Assembly: GCA_964555185.1 (NCBI GenBank)
Contig: CAZKRD010000001.1
Coordinates: 124,265-188,264, forward strand
Length of the DNA: 64,000 bases
Reading direction: 5' to 3'
Source of the DNA: an uncultured Candidatus Saccharibacteria bacterium
GTDB taxonomy: Bacteria > Patescibacteriota > JAQUNI01
Part shown: in pieces, positions 49,100 to 57,339 of the stretch
Position numbering within the stretch: the stretch's first letter is position 1
Layout of the letters: each line of letters begins with the position of its first letter
Position numbers and translations under genes: made by a program
The notes under the pieces: model-generated
What the model was told of the DNA's origin: nothing
The model's database searches: none
What the model saw: the letters and a program-made list of their open reading frames with translations, nothing else

Positions 49100-49320
49100 T
49101 TAATTTTCAATTTTTAAATCCCAATGTTCAATCAAATCATAATTTTCAATGATTTAATTTTCAAACCTGCGAAAATGGTTTTGTTTGAAAATTTATTCAT
49201 TGGTTATTGAAAATTGATTAGTAAACCCTTCGGCAAGCTCAAGGTGGTGAGTATAGTCGAACCATTGAAAATTAAAACATTGAGAATTCATTGAAAATTG
49301 GTACTTGAAAATTGAAAATT
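49100..49320. repeat. Inverted heptamer arrays (TTTCAAT / ATTGAAA) with a CCTTCGGCAAGCTCA-type insert
   Basis: ttttcaat repeats, then attgaaa repeats; cccttcggcaagctcaagg near 49226. Confidence 0.65.
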
Positions 49321-49326
49321 AACCTC

Positions 49327-50082
49327 ATGCTTCCTTTGGCTATTTTTCTCCTCCTCGGCCTGTTCGTTGGCAGTTTTCTTAATGTTGTCATTTACAGATT
49401 TAAAATTGGAAGGTCAATTTTAAAGCCCAGATCGTTTTGTCCTAATTGTAAGCATATTCTGGCTTGGTATGATTTAATTCCTGTTTTGAGTTTTGTTTTG
49501 CTTTGCGGTAAATGCCGCTACTGCCGTAAGCGAATAAGCTGGCAATACCCTTTGGTTGAATTATCTGCGGGACTTTTGTTTATTCTCTTTTATTTGAAAT
49601 CTGGCAGTCTGGATTGGAGATTATTATTCAATTTGTTGTTTGTTAGTATCTTAGTTGTTGTTTTTGTTTATGACTTAAAGCATTATTTGATTTTGGATAA
49701 AGTGATTGTGTCAGGCGCGGTTTTGGCCGTGATTGCCAGCATTTTTTTGAGCAAACCAGAGTTTCTTTACGCGCTTTTAGGCAGTGCTGCGGCCGGAGGG
49801 TTCTTCGCTTTGCTTGTTCTGGTCTCTCGCGGCAAATGGATGGGTGGAGGCGATGTCAAACTTGGTTTCTTAATCGGTTTGATTGTTGGCTGGCCCTCTG
49901 TTTTGGTTTCTTTGTTTCTAGCTTTTGTCTTGGGGAGTATTGTTGGTGTTCTCTTGATCGTTTTTCACAAGAAAACCCTAAAGAGCGCGGTTCCTTTTGG
50001 CACCTTTTTAGCAGTGGCGACAGTTACGGTTATGCTTTATGGCGAGAAAATGTTGGATTGGTACTTGAGTCTCTTAGCTTGA
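49327..50082 (+). CDS. pilD: Prepilin peptidase
   Basis: GSFLNVVIYR, CxxC..CxxC, YDLK, MGGGDVKL, PFG.FL. Confidence 0.95.
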   Translation: MLPLAIFLLLGLFVGSFLNVVIYRFKIGRSILKPRSFCPNCKHILAWYDLIPVLSFVLLCGKCRYCRKRISWQYPLVELSAGLLFILFYLKSGSLDWRLLFNLLFVSILVVVFVYDLKHYLILDKVIVSGAVLAVIASIFLSKPEFLYALLGSAAAGGFFALLVLVSRGKWMGGGDVKLGFLIGLIVGWPSVLVSLFLAFVLGSIVGVLLIVFHKKTLKSAVPFGTFLAVATVTVMLYGEKMLDWYLSLLA

Positions 50083-50143
50083 GGTGGTATAATTTAAAAA
50101 GAGAATTAGTCCTTTTTCTAAATTTTAATTTTAATCTATTTTT

Positions 50144-50773
50144 ATGAACAGAAAAAAGCAAAACAAAGCAGAACGTAAAACTATTCTAATCATTGATGAT
50201 GCCGAAGATTTGAGATTAATCTATGTCAAGAAGTTTCGTCAAGAAGGGTTCGAGGTTTTAGAGGGCAGGGATGGTTTGGATGGTTTAAATATTGCTTTTG
50301 ACAAAAAACCTGATTTGATTATCACCGGAATTATGATGCCCCGGGTTGACGGCTTTGAAGTGATCAACACCTTGAAAAAAGACGCCCAGACAAAGAAGAT
50401 TCCTGTACTGGTCTTTTCTCATTTAGGCCGGCAGGAGGATATTGACAAGGCGCTGTCTTTGGGGGCTGACGATTTTTTGATCCAGGCCACTTTTTCCCCT
50501 GATGATGTGGTGGAAAAGGTAAGAGCGCATCTTGGCCGACCCAGGTCCGTTGCGCCAGGAAGAGGAGAGGCTTTGGCCGGCCATTTTAATTTGAGACTAG
50601 ATTTGGACAAGGGCGATGCTGTGCGTTTGGCGAAGAGCATTGGTTTTGACCCCAAGTTTATTTGCCGACATTGTGGCGACATTTTAGTTCTAGATCTGGT
50701 CTCTGATCCAAAAAGAGAAGGAAAGTGGGTTACTGGTTTTTTCAAGTGCTTAAGATGCGGCAAAAAAGCCTGA
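50144..50773 (+). CDS. Receiver-domain protein with C-terminal Zn ribbon (atypical phospho-site)
   Basis: ILIIDD, PDLIITGIMMP, CRHC..CLRC. Confidence 0.85.
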   Translation: MNRKKQNKAERKTILIIDDAEDLRLIYVKKFRQEGFEVLEGRDGLDGLNIAFDKKPDLIITGIMMPRVDGFEVINTLKKDAQTKKIPVLVFSHLGRQEDIDKALSLGADDFLIQATFSPDDVVEKVRAHLGRPRSVAPGRGEALAGHFNLRLDLDKGDAVRLAKSIGFDPKFICRHCGDILVLDLVSDPKREGKWVTGFFKCLRCGKKA

Positions 50774-50824
50774 ACATAGAGATTGACGGTCAAAATACAA
50801 ATTAAGACAAAAACAAAAAATATT

Positions 50825-51379
50825 ATGTTGAAGATGGATATGCTGCCGAAAGACCTAGAGCAAAGGCGGAAAGCGCGTTTCCGCAACATCAGTATTATTG
50901 TGCTGGTTTTGTTAATAATTTTGGTTGGCGGCGCCTACTGGGCGCTTTCTTATTACGGCGGAAATTTGGATTCAGAGCTTCAGAATATTGAACAGCAGTC
51001 CACGCGGATAGACGAGGAGACTGAACAGTACGAGGCGGATTTAGAGCAGGCTTTAATCGCCCAAAAGCGGCTTGATAATTTAGACCGTCTTTTAAACGAG
51101 AGGTTGTATTGGACCAATCTTTTTGGAGAGTTGGGACGGGTTACGATCCCAGATGTTTTTTATACTGGTTTTTCTTCTGATCTTGATACCCGCGGGATGA
51201 CTCTCCCGGCCAAGGCGCGTGATTATCAGTCTTTGGCGCGGCAATTAAAAGCCTGGGAAGGAGAGGGGATGTTAGAGTCGATTGAAGTCAGTTCAGCCAA
51301 CCTCGAGACGGACGAAGGCCAGGCCTTTATTTCCTTTACGAGCAACTTGTTTTTCAAAAAAGAAGCATGGCAGGATTAG
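50825..51379 (+). CDS. pilN: PilN-like protein
   Basis: TM, coiled coil, W..L..EL...P; position in the locus. Confidence 0.7.
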   Translation: MLKMDMLPKDLEQRRKARFRNISIIVLVLLIILVGGAYWALSYYGGNLDSELQNIEQQSTRIDEETEQYEADLEQALIAQKRLDNLDRLLNERLYWTNLFGELGRVTIPDVFYTGFSSDLDTRGMTLPAKARDYQSLARQLKAWEGEGMLESIEVSSANLETDEGQAFISFTSNLFFKKEAWQD

Positions 51380-51403
51380 TGTTCTAAAATTTTTTAATTT
51401 TTT

Positions 51404-52114
51404 ATGCATTTTAACATCAAGTCTATTCAAAAAAATCTCACCCTGATTATCAGCCTGCTCGTCCTAGTGGTTGCCAGCCTTGCTTTTTATATTTTAAAAC
51501 CCCAATATAACAAGATTAAACGGATTAAAGCGGAGATTTCGATAGCACAGTCCAATTTAACAACCCGCGAGCAGAAACTTCAGAACATCAAGATGCTGCT
51601 TAATAATTATAAAGGGGTAGAAGAACAGCTATATAACTTAAGCCTTTCTTTGCCTTTGAAAAAGGACATCCCCAATCTCTTGGTTCAGCTGGAAGCCCTG
51701 GCCGCCAAAAATGGGGTTCTGATGGAATCCGTAAGCTATGAAGAAGAAGGCGAAAAAGACGAGAAAAAAAAGGTCGCCAAAGAAGAGACCCCTCCAGATT
51801 TGAGCAGCCCAGAGGCGGTGGCAGAAGAAGGGGCCTTGACCTTCACAACAGGGACAGAGGAACCTGAAGGATCAAAGACAGATTATTCCATCTTGAATGT
51901 TGAATTAAGTCTCGCTGCTCATTATCACTCTTTTATGAAATACCTCGAGGATGTCCAGCGAAGCTTTCGTTTCTTGGACGTTACCGCTATTGATTTTACG
52001 ATCACAGATGCGAGTGATTCAGGCGGAAGCAGCGGGGAAGAGAAAGAGCCGGTTGATTTTCATGATCAAACCTTTGAATTTTTGATTAAATTAAAGACTT
52101 ATTATTTGGAATAG
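51404..52114 (+). CDS. pilO: PilO-like protein
   Basis: TM, coiled coil, LP...DIPNLL.QL..LA...G, Y..F..YL. Confidence 0.8.
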   Translation: MHFNIKSIQKNLTLIISLLVLVVASLAFYILKPQYNKIKRIKAEISIAQSNLTTREQKLQNIKMLLNNYKGVEEQLYNLSLSLPLKKDIPNLLVQLEALAAKNGVLMESVSYEEEGEKDEKKKVAKEETPPDLSSPEAVAEEGALTFTTGTEEPEGSKTDYSILNVELSLAAHYHSFMKYLEDVQRSFRFLDVTAIDFTITDASDSGGSSGEEKEPVDFHDQTFEFLIKLKTYYLE

Positions 52115-52133
52115 AGAGGAATAAAGAGATTTT

Positions 52134-52571
52134 ATGACCAAAGAAAAAAGGAAAAAGACGATGTTGGCAGTAGCCTTGGTACTGATTCTTTTAGCAATCG
52201 CTTATTTAGTTTATACCAGTTTTTTGAGCAAGCCGGAGCTAGATGCCAGTTTAGATATTGTACCAGCGGAAGAGGATTCAGAGGTGCCAGGAGGTCCAGA
52301 GATAGAGCCGGGCATTCCTGTCGAGATTTCATCCCCCAAACTTAAGACCGATTTATTGACTGATCCTCGTTTCACAGACTTGGTGATTTTTGGTGATTTG
52401 CCCGTAGAGGTAGGAGAGGTAGGCCGGGAAAATCCTTTTATTCCTTTTGAAGGTTATGGCACCGGAGGCGGAGAAGAGGAAGAGGAAGGAGAAGGTGAGA
52501 GTGAAGAAGAGGGTGAAGGCGAGGAAGAAGAGGAAGAAGGAGCGGAGCCGCCAGAAATGACTGATCAATAG
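52134..52571 (+). CDS. PilP-like small membrane protein with acidic tail
   Basis: TM, GRENPF motif, poly-Glu/Gly tail. Confidence 0.65.
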   Translation: MTKEKRKKTMLAVALVLILLAIAYLVYTSFLSKPELDASLDIVPAEEDSEVPGGPEIEPGIPVEISSPKLKTDLLTDPRFTDLVIFGDLPVEVGEVGRENPFIPFEGYGTGGGEEEEEGEGESEEEGEGEEEEEEGAEPPEMTDQ

Positions 52572-52622
52572 TGAATTGCGGTAAATTTTTCACAGGCGCT
52601 ACACAAGTTGTACTTAATTTTT

Positions 52623-53156
52623 ATGTTCCAAAACAGAAACAAGGGTTTCACTCTTGTTGAACTATTGATCGTGATTGCGATTATCGGTATCCTGTCCGCT
52701 TTGGTGATTGCTGGTTTCAGAGCGGGTAACCGAGCATCCAATCTACGTTTTGCGAGCCAGAACTTAGTTAGCGTTTTCAAGCAGGCGCAAATCATGGCCT
52801 CTTCAGGCAAGATTCCAGCAGGCGAGAGTGATCCGCCCCCTGGAGGTTATGGTGTTTATGTTGATTCTTTAACCTCCTATATTCTTTTTGCGGACAATAA
52901 CGATTCTGGTGATTATGATGGAGGGGAAGAGGTGGAAAACATTAGCCTGCCGGAGAACGTTGAGTTTTTTGAAGGAGGCGCCCCCCCAAATCCTGTGATT
53001 GGCCTCAATGTTGTCTTTGATTCTCCTGACGGCAAGATGTCTATTTACCTTGGTTCAGAATTAACAGATAAGACCATTGTTTTAAGAGTAGGTTCATCTG
53101 ATTCGATAGAGGTATATCTCAATAGCACGTCTGGCTTAATTGAGGCCAGTGAATAA
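52623..53156 (+). CDS. Minor pilin (FimT/GspH-like)
   Basis: KG|FTLVELLIVIAII; GYGVY. Confidence 0.85.
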   Translation: MFQNRNKGFTLVELLIVIAIIGILSALVIAGFRAGNRASNLRFASQNLVSVFKQAQIMASSGKIPAGESDPPPGGYGVYVDSLTSYILFADNNDSGDYDGGEEVENISLPENVEFFEGGAPPNPVIGLNVVFDSPDGKMSIYLGSELTDKTIVLRVGSSDSIEVYLNSTSGLIEASE

Positions 53157-53164
53157 GTTTCCAT

Positions 53165-53193
53165 TGTCATTGCGAGCGAAGCGAAGCAATCTC
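53165..53193. repeat. Solo arm of the TGTCATTGCGAG family
   Basis: TGTCATTGCGAGCGAAGCGAAGCAATCTC. Confidence 0.85.
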
Positions 53194-53242
53194 ATTTGCA
53201 AGTAGAATTCTAATTTTGATTGATTATTATGGTTTTACAAAA

Positions 53243-53740
53243 ATGCGGTTTAAACCACCCTCATTAATTTTCCAAAAAGGCTTTGGCCTCATCGAGACCG
53301 TGGTTGCAATTTTTATTATCACAGTTGGCTTAATTGGCGGGCTTTCTTTAGCTATATCTTCCACTACTGCTGCGAGAAACGTGAGAGAGAGGTTTGTCGC
53401 TTATGCTTTAGCACAAGAAGGTTTAGAATTAGTGCGTAATTACAGAGACAGCGTATGGCTTTTGGAACAAGACGGCTTTGCGCCTGGTCAAACAATGGAA
53501 AATGATGGCGACTATGCCCTAGATTACACGGGTTTCATTGAAGAGCGGGGCGCTTTAGGAGACTATGAGCTTCATTATGAGAACGGCCTTTATCGTCATG
53601 ACAGCGGTGCTGCCACTAAATATTCTCGTTTGATTACCCTGCAGACCCAAGGGAACAGCAAGGTAGTCATCAGTCAGGTTTCATGGGCTGATCATGAATT
53701 AAAGCTTGAAGTACATTTGTACAATTGGAGAGACTTTTAA
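53243..53740 (+). CDS. Minor pilin (PilV-like)
   Basis: KG|FGLIETVVAI; A..LAQEGLELVRN.RD. Confidence 0.85.
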   Translation: MRFKPPSLIFQKGFGLIETVVAIFIITVGLIGGLSLAISSTTAARNVRERFVAYALAQEGLELVRNYRDSVWLLEQDGFAPGQTMENDGDYALDYTGFIEERGALGDYELHYENGLYRHDSGAATKYSRLITLQTQGNSKVVISQVSWADHELKLEVHLYNWRDF

Positions 53741-53790
53741 CCCCCCGCCAACATATTTTTTATTTGAACAGAGATTTATCTCAAGAGCCT

Positions 53791-54333
53791 ATGCTCTACA
53801 AAAAACAGAATCAATTAAATATTCGCGGTTTTACCTTAGTAGAGCTTTTGGTCGCAATGGCTGTTTTTGCTCTTGCGATCGTTGCGATCGCGGGGATATT
53901 TATTTCTATCACAAAAACACAGCGCAAATCCAGGATAGAGCAGAGGGTCCAGGCAGAAGCGCGTTATGCCTTAGATATGATCAGCCAAGAGATTCGAGAC
54001 GGCTATATTGATTACACCCAGCCGCTTAGCACAAGCGTTTTGTATCTTGAGCGGCCTGGCGGCCAAAAGGTTGCTTTTAATATAGTCGGCGGTACCCTCC
54101 AGATGACTGTTGACAGCGGCACGCCCACGGCAATCTCAAGCAGTAACGTGAAGATTGCGGACTTAAGATTTTATGTTACGCCGGGGACAGACCCTTTTAT
54201 CGAGGGCGGTCCCAACGAACAGCCCCGGGTTACTGTTTCTCTGACCATAGAAGATAAAGACGCGGCCAAAGCAGAGGAGCAAGCAGAGATAGAAGCCCAG
54301 ACCACGATTTCAAGCAGGCAGTATCGAAGATAG
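53791..54333 (+). CDS. Minor pilin (PilW/GspJ-like)
   Basis: RG|FTLVELLVAM; QTTISSR C-terminus. Confidence 0.85.
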   Translation: MLYKKQNQLNIRGFTLVELLVAMAVFALAIVAIAGIFISITKTQRKSRIEQRVQAEARYALDMISQEIRDGYIDYTQPLSTSVLYLERPGGQKVAFNIVGGTLQMTVDSGTPTAISSSNVKIADLRFYVTPGTDPFIEGGPNEQPRVTVSLTIEDKDAAKAEEQAEIEAQTTISSRQYRR

Positions 54334-54337
54334 CAGG

Positions 54338-54392
54338 GTCATTGCGAGGAGCCCGCACCTTTTAGAAAAGGTGCGGGGGACGCGGCAATCTC
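54338..54392. repeat. Solo arm of the TGTCATTGCGAG family with an enlarged central hairpin
   Basis: GTCATTGCGAGGAG-cccgcaccttttagaaaaggtgcggg-GGACGCGGCAATCTC. Confidence 0.85.
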
Positions 54393-54419
54393 ATAAAGCA
54401 AGTAATATTGTTAAGTGTA

Positions 54420-55175
54420 ATGATTAAAAATTTAGAATTAAAAATTAGAAATTATTCAAAGGGTGCTTCCTTGCTCTACGCGATTCTTGTTTTAGGCACG
54501 ATCGCTTTAATTAGTATAGCTGTTGCTGGCTTGATGATTAGGGGCTTAAAAACTAGCCGTGCAATTGGCAGGGGGATGGCCGCCTATTACGCGGCAGAAT
54601 CAGGAATGGAGGAGGCGCTCTACAAGGTCCGCGTTCTTGATGATAAAAGTGATGGCGCGGGCACTTTCTTAGAGATTAAAGGGAGCTGGGATTATGAGAT
54701 TGAGGATGTTTTTGATCCCGGGAATCCATATGCCCAGGGTTTACTGCGTAAGGACGAAACAATCGAATTTGATGATGTTAATGGCTCTAATCAGATGCGA
54801 ATAACTTGGTCACAGGATGATGATGGTGTGGATGCGTTTTTAGAAGTAACCTATATTGGCTGGGAAGCGGATTTTAGTAATTTTTTAGATTCTACTCGAG
54901 ATGTTGAAAAAGAGCTCCTAAGCTCTAACGCTAATATCGCTTTGGACCCAGGGCGAACATATTTAGTGCGCCTAAAACCGTTAAAAAGCGCTGTTGTCGA
55001 CCTTGAAGTTTCTTTTGCTGGTTTTACGATTGGCGATCATATCCGGATTGCCTCTGACGGCTTTCATGTTGGTCATAAAAAAGCCCTAGAATCGAATTAC
55101 AGTACTGATGATACAGGCGTGGTTAGTGGATTCTTTGACTATGTCATTTTTTCAGAAGAAGCTTTAGTTAAATAA
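54420..55175 (+). CDS. Minor pilin (PilX-like)
   Basis: KG|ASLL (no Glu5), AYYAAESG.E.AL. Confidence 0.8.
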   Translation: MIKNLELKIRNYSKGASLLYAILVLGTIALISIAVAGLMIRGLKTSRAIGRGMAAYYAAESGMEEALYKVRVLDDKSDGAGTFLEIKGSWDYEIEDVFDPGNPYAQGLLRKDETIEFDDVNGSNQMRITWSQDDDGVDAFLEVTYIGWEADFSNFLDSTRDVEKELLSSNANIALDPGRTYLVRLKPLKSAVVDLEVSFAGFTIGDHIRIASDGFHVGHKKALESNYSTDDTGVVSGFFDYVIFSEEALVK

Positions 55176-55183
55176 AAAACGTC

Positions 55184-55220
55184 TGTCATTGCGAGGGAGC
55201 GGAGCGACCGAAGCAATCTC
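55184..55220. repeat. Solo arm of the TGTCATTGCGAG family
   Basis: TGTCATTGCGAGGGAGCGGAGCGACCGAAGCAATCTC. Confidence 0.85.
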
Positions 55221-55297
55221 ATAGAGCAGCAGCAACTATTACTTAGATTCGTATTTCCTAGATTTATTAAGTTTTCATTATCATTAACCAGATACTT

Positions 55298-56095
55298 ATG
55301 AAATTAAAAAATAAAGAGAGCTGTTCTTCAAAAAAAAGCAGACTTTACGGCGCGGTGCCCTGGATTGTTTTACTTATCATCGCTCTAATTGTTGTCGGCG
55401 GCTTGGTGGCAGTTTATTACCTTTGGCCAAAAGAAGCCCCAGAAGCCGTTCCAGGCGAACAGGAAGTTAAGTCTTATGTCGGCACGATAACAGAGTTAGG
55501 CAAAGACAGCTTTAAACTTCAAGTAAAAGCAGAGAGGAATTATCTTAATGAAGACAGCGAGTTTATGGTCGAAGTTGATAAAGACACGCAGTATTCCAAA
55601 ACAGTAATGCCTGTGTCTGTTCCGGAAGAGGATACGGGAAGTTCGGTCCAGATTACACCTGCCGTGTTCTCTGATCTTAAAGTAGGTGATGAGGTTGTGG
55701 TTGCGAGCAATTCTGATATTGCCGGCAAGAGCAAATTCACGGCCGTCAGAGTTGAAATTCTGGATGTAACAGAGATCAAGTCTTATACGGGAAAAGTTAA
55801 ATCCATAGGCAATGAACAGATGGAGATTACTGCAGGAGCGCAACAAAACTATTTTAATGTGGATACGGTTTTGATTGTAAAAACAGACCCCAAAACAGAG
55901 TATTTCCAGATTTATTTTTCTAAAAATGTTTCTACTTCTGAAAACCTTGAGGGACAATTGGAAAGAGAGAAGATTAGTTTTGAAGATATAAAAGTAGGGG
56001 ATGATGTAGTTGTCGCAAGCAACCAGGACCTCAAAGGCCAAACCACCTTCTTCGCCCGAGAGATTTCAATCTTACCCAAATCAATTCAAGAATAG
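55298..56095 (+). CDS. Membrane-anchored protein with two OB-like (DUF5666-like) repeats
   Basis: Two copies of KSY.G.....F.D.KVGD.VVVASN.D..G...F.A. Confidence 0.75.
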   Translation: MKLKNKESCSSKKSRLYGAVPWIVLLIIALIVVGGLVAVYYLWPKEAPEAVPGEQEVKSYVGTITELGKDSFKLQVKAERNYLNEDSEFMVEVDKDTQYSKTVMPVSVPEEDTGSSVQITPAVFSDLKVGDEVVVASNSDIAGKSKFTAVRVEILDVTEIKSYTGKVKSIGNEQMEITAGAQQNYFNVDTVLIVKTDPKTEYFQIYFSKNVSTSENLEGQLEREKISFEDIKVGDDVVVASNQDLKGQTTFFAREISILPKSIQE

Positions 56096-56258
56096 ATTTG
56101 TAGGGCCTGTCCGCCGAAGCTCGTGAGCGAAGGCGGAGCGACTCCATGCCCGCGAACCTTAAAAAACAAATAATAAAAAAAGACCACAGCAGTAAAGACA
56201 AATTGTTTCAAGTCTCTTGTGTGGTCGTGGTAAAAGAGCTGAAAGAACTATTAGGAGG

Positions 56259-56990
56259 CTATAGGAGACCCGCCCTTCTCTTTATTCCTCCCCATACAAC
56301 CGCTTTCTTGAGAGGCCGCGGTGGTGCAAGTCGGCTTTTTATTACTAAATCTAGAATATCCACGCGCCCGTCACCATTCAGGTCATCATCTTCTTCTTTT
56401 TGGTCCTGATGGCCGTTTAGAGTGATGACAATATCTCTAATATCTATTATCCCGTCATCATTAACATCTTCTAGAACATCTTCTAGTGTGGGTTTGTCGC
56501 CGACCCTTAGTTGCTTTCTGGTTTTCGCAGGAATGGTGCTTGACGGTTGTGTGGATACAGCATCTTCACAATTACCCGATCGTAGTTCACCGCAAAGGCG
56601 GTATATCGGGTATTCTGTACCGTTGATTTCAGTAGTTCCACAGTCAGTATCTTCTATCCAGAATGGTCCTAGACATACGGGTATTTCTACAGGTTCACCA
56701 TTACAAAAGAATATCATGCTGTTGTTAGACTGCTCATTAAAGCGTTCTTCTGTCCACCAAGCTTCTACTTCTTCTGTCCATGTAATTCGTAGACACGCCC
56801 TTGCACCTGACCACTCACAATTAAGAATATCGTCTTCTGTTAAGCAGTCGCCACATTGACTTCTGATAACATCAGCAGTGGTGATCAGGTCATCGCAGAT
56901 TTCTTGTCCGTCTTCAGCGGAGCTTAGGGTTAGAGGGTAAACCAAGATCATGATTGATATCATCATCAGGACATAACTTTTTTCTTTCAT
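56259..56990 (-). CDS. Secreted Cys-rich protein with dockerin-like double EF-hand motif and C-terminal WGGIK motif
   Basis: Signal peptide, GAGGAGG RBS, DVNDDGIIDIRD / DLNGDGRVDILD. Confidence 0.8.
   Translation of the reverse strand: MKEKSYVLMMISIMILVYPLTLSSAEDGQEICDDLITTADVIRSQCGDCLTEDDILNCEWSGARACLRITWTEEVEAWWTEERFNEQSNNSMIFFCNGEPVEIPVCLGPFWIEDTDCGTTEINGTEYPIYRLCGELRSGNCEDAVSTQPSSTIPAKTRKQLRVGDKPTLEDVLEDVNDDGIIDIRDIVITLNGHQDQKEEDDDLNGDGRVDILDLVIKSRLAPPRPLKKAVVWGGIKRRAGLL
56600..56795. repeat. 196-bp perfect inverted repeat, arm 1 (partner 57535-57730)
   Basis: Base-by-base reverse-complement match; looser homology spans ~56565-56900 vs ~57430-57765. Confidence 0.93.
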
Positions 56991-57063
56991 TTTTTATACC
57001 TCCTCAGATTAGAAAGGAACTGATTTTCATAACAGCTTTCAATAATCAAATCTCCATTTTGAT

Positions 57064-57092
57064 ATATTAACATATTAAGAAAATGATGTCAA
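57064..57092 (-). promoter_or_regulatory. Sigma70 promoter for 56259..56990
   Basis: TTGACA-17 nt-TAATAT with extended TG. Confidence 0.6.
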
Positions 57093-57339
57093 ATTTTTTT
57101 AAGTATATCAATTGTTGAGAACTTTGATTTGGCATGAAGATAAAATATAGTTAGTCTCATTGGGTTATTTTAGAAAAGATGTGTTCTGAAAATTAAATTT
57201 TGGAGCACTAGTTGTACTCAAAGAAAAGAGCGTAAGATTTTAATACAAGGGAGGTAAGTATGACTTTTTAAAACTATTGAAACTGAAATTCATTTGTTGT
57301 TTGTAGAATATATTTATATAAAATAAAACAAAAAAGTAT

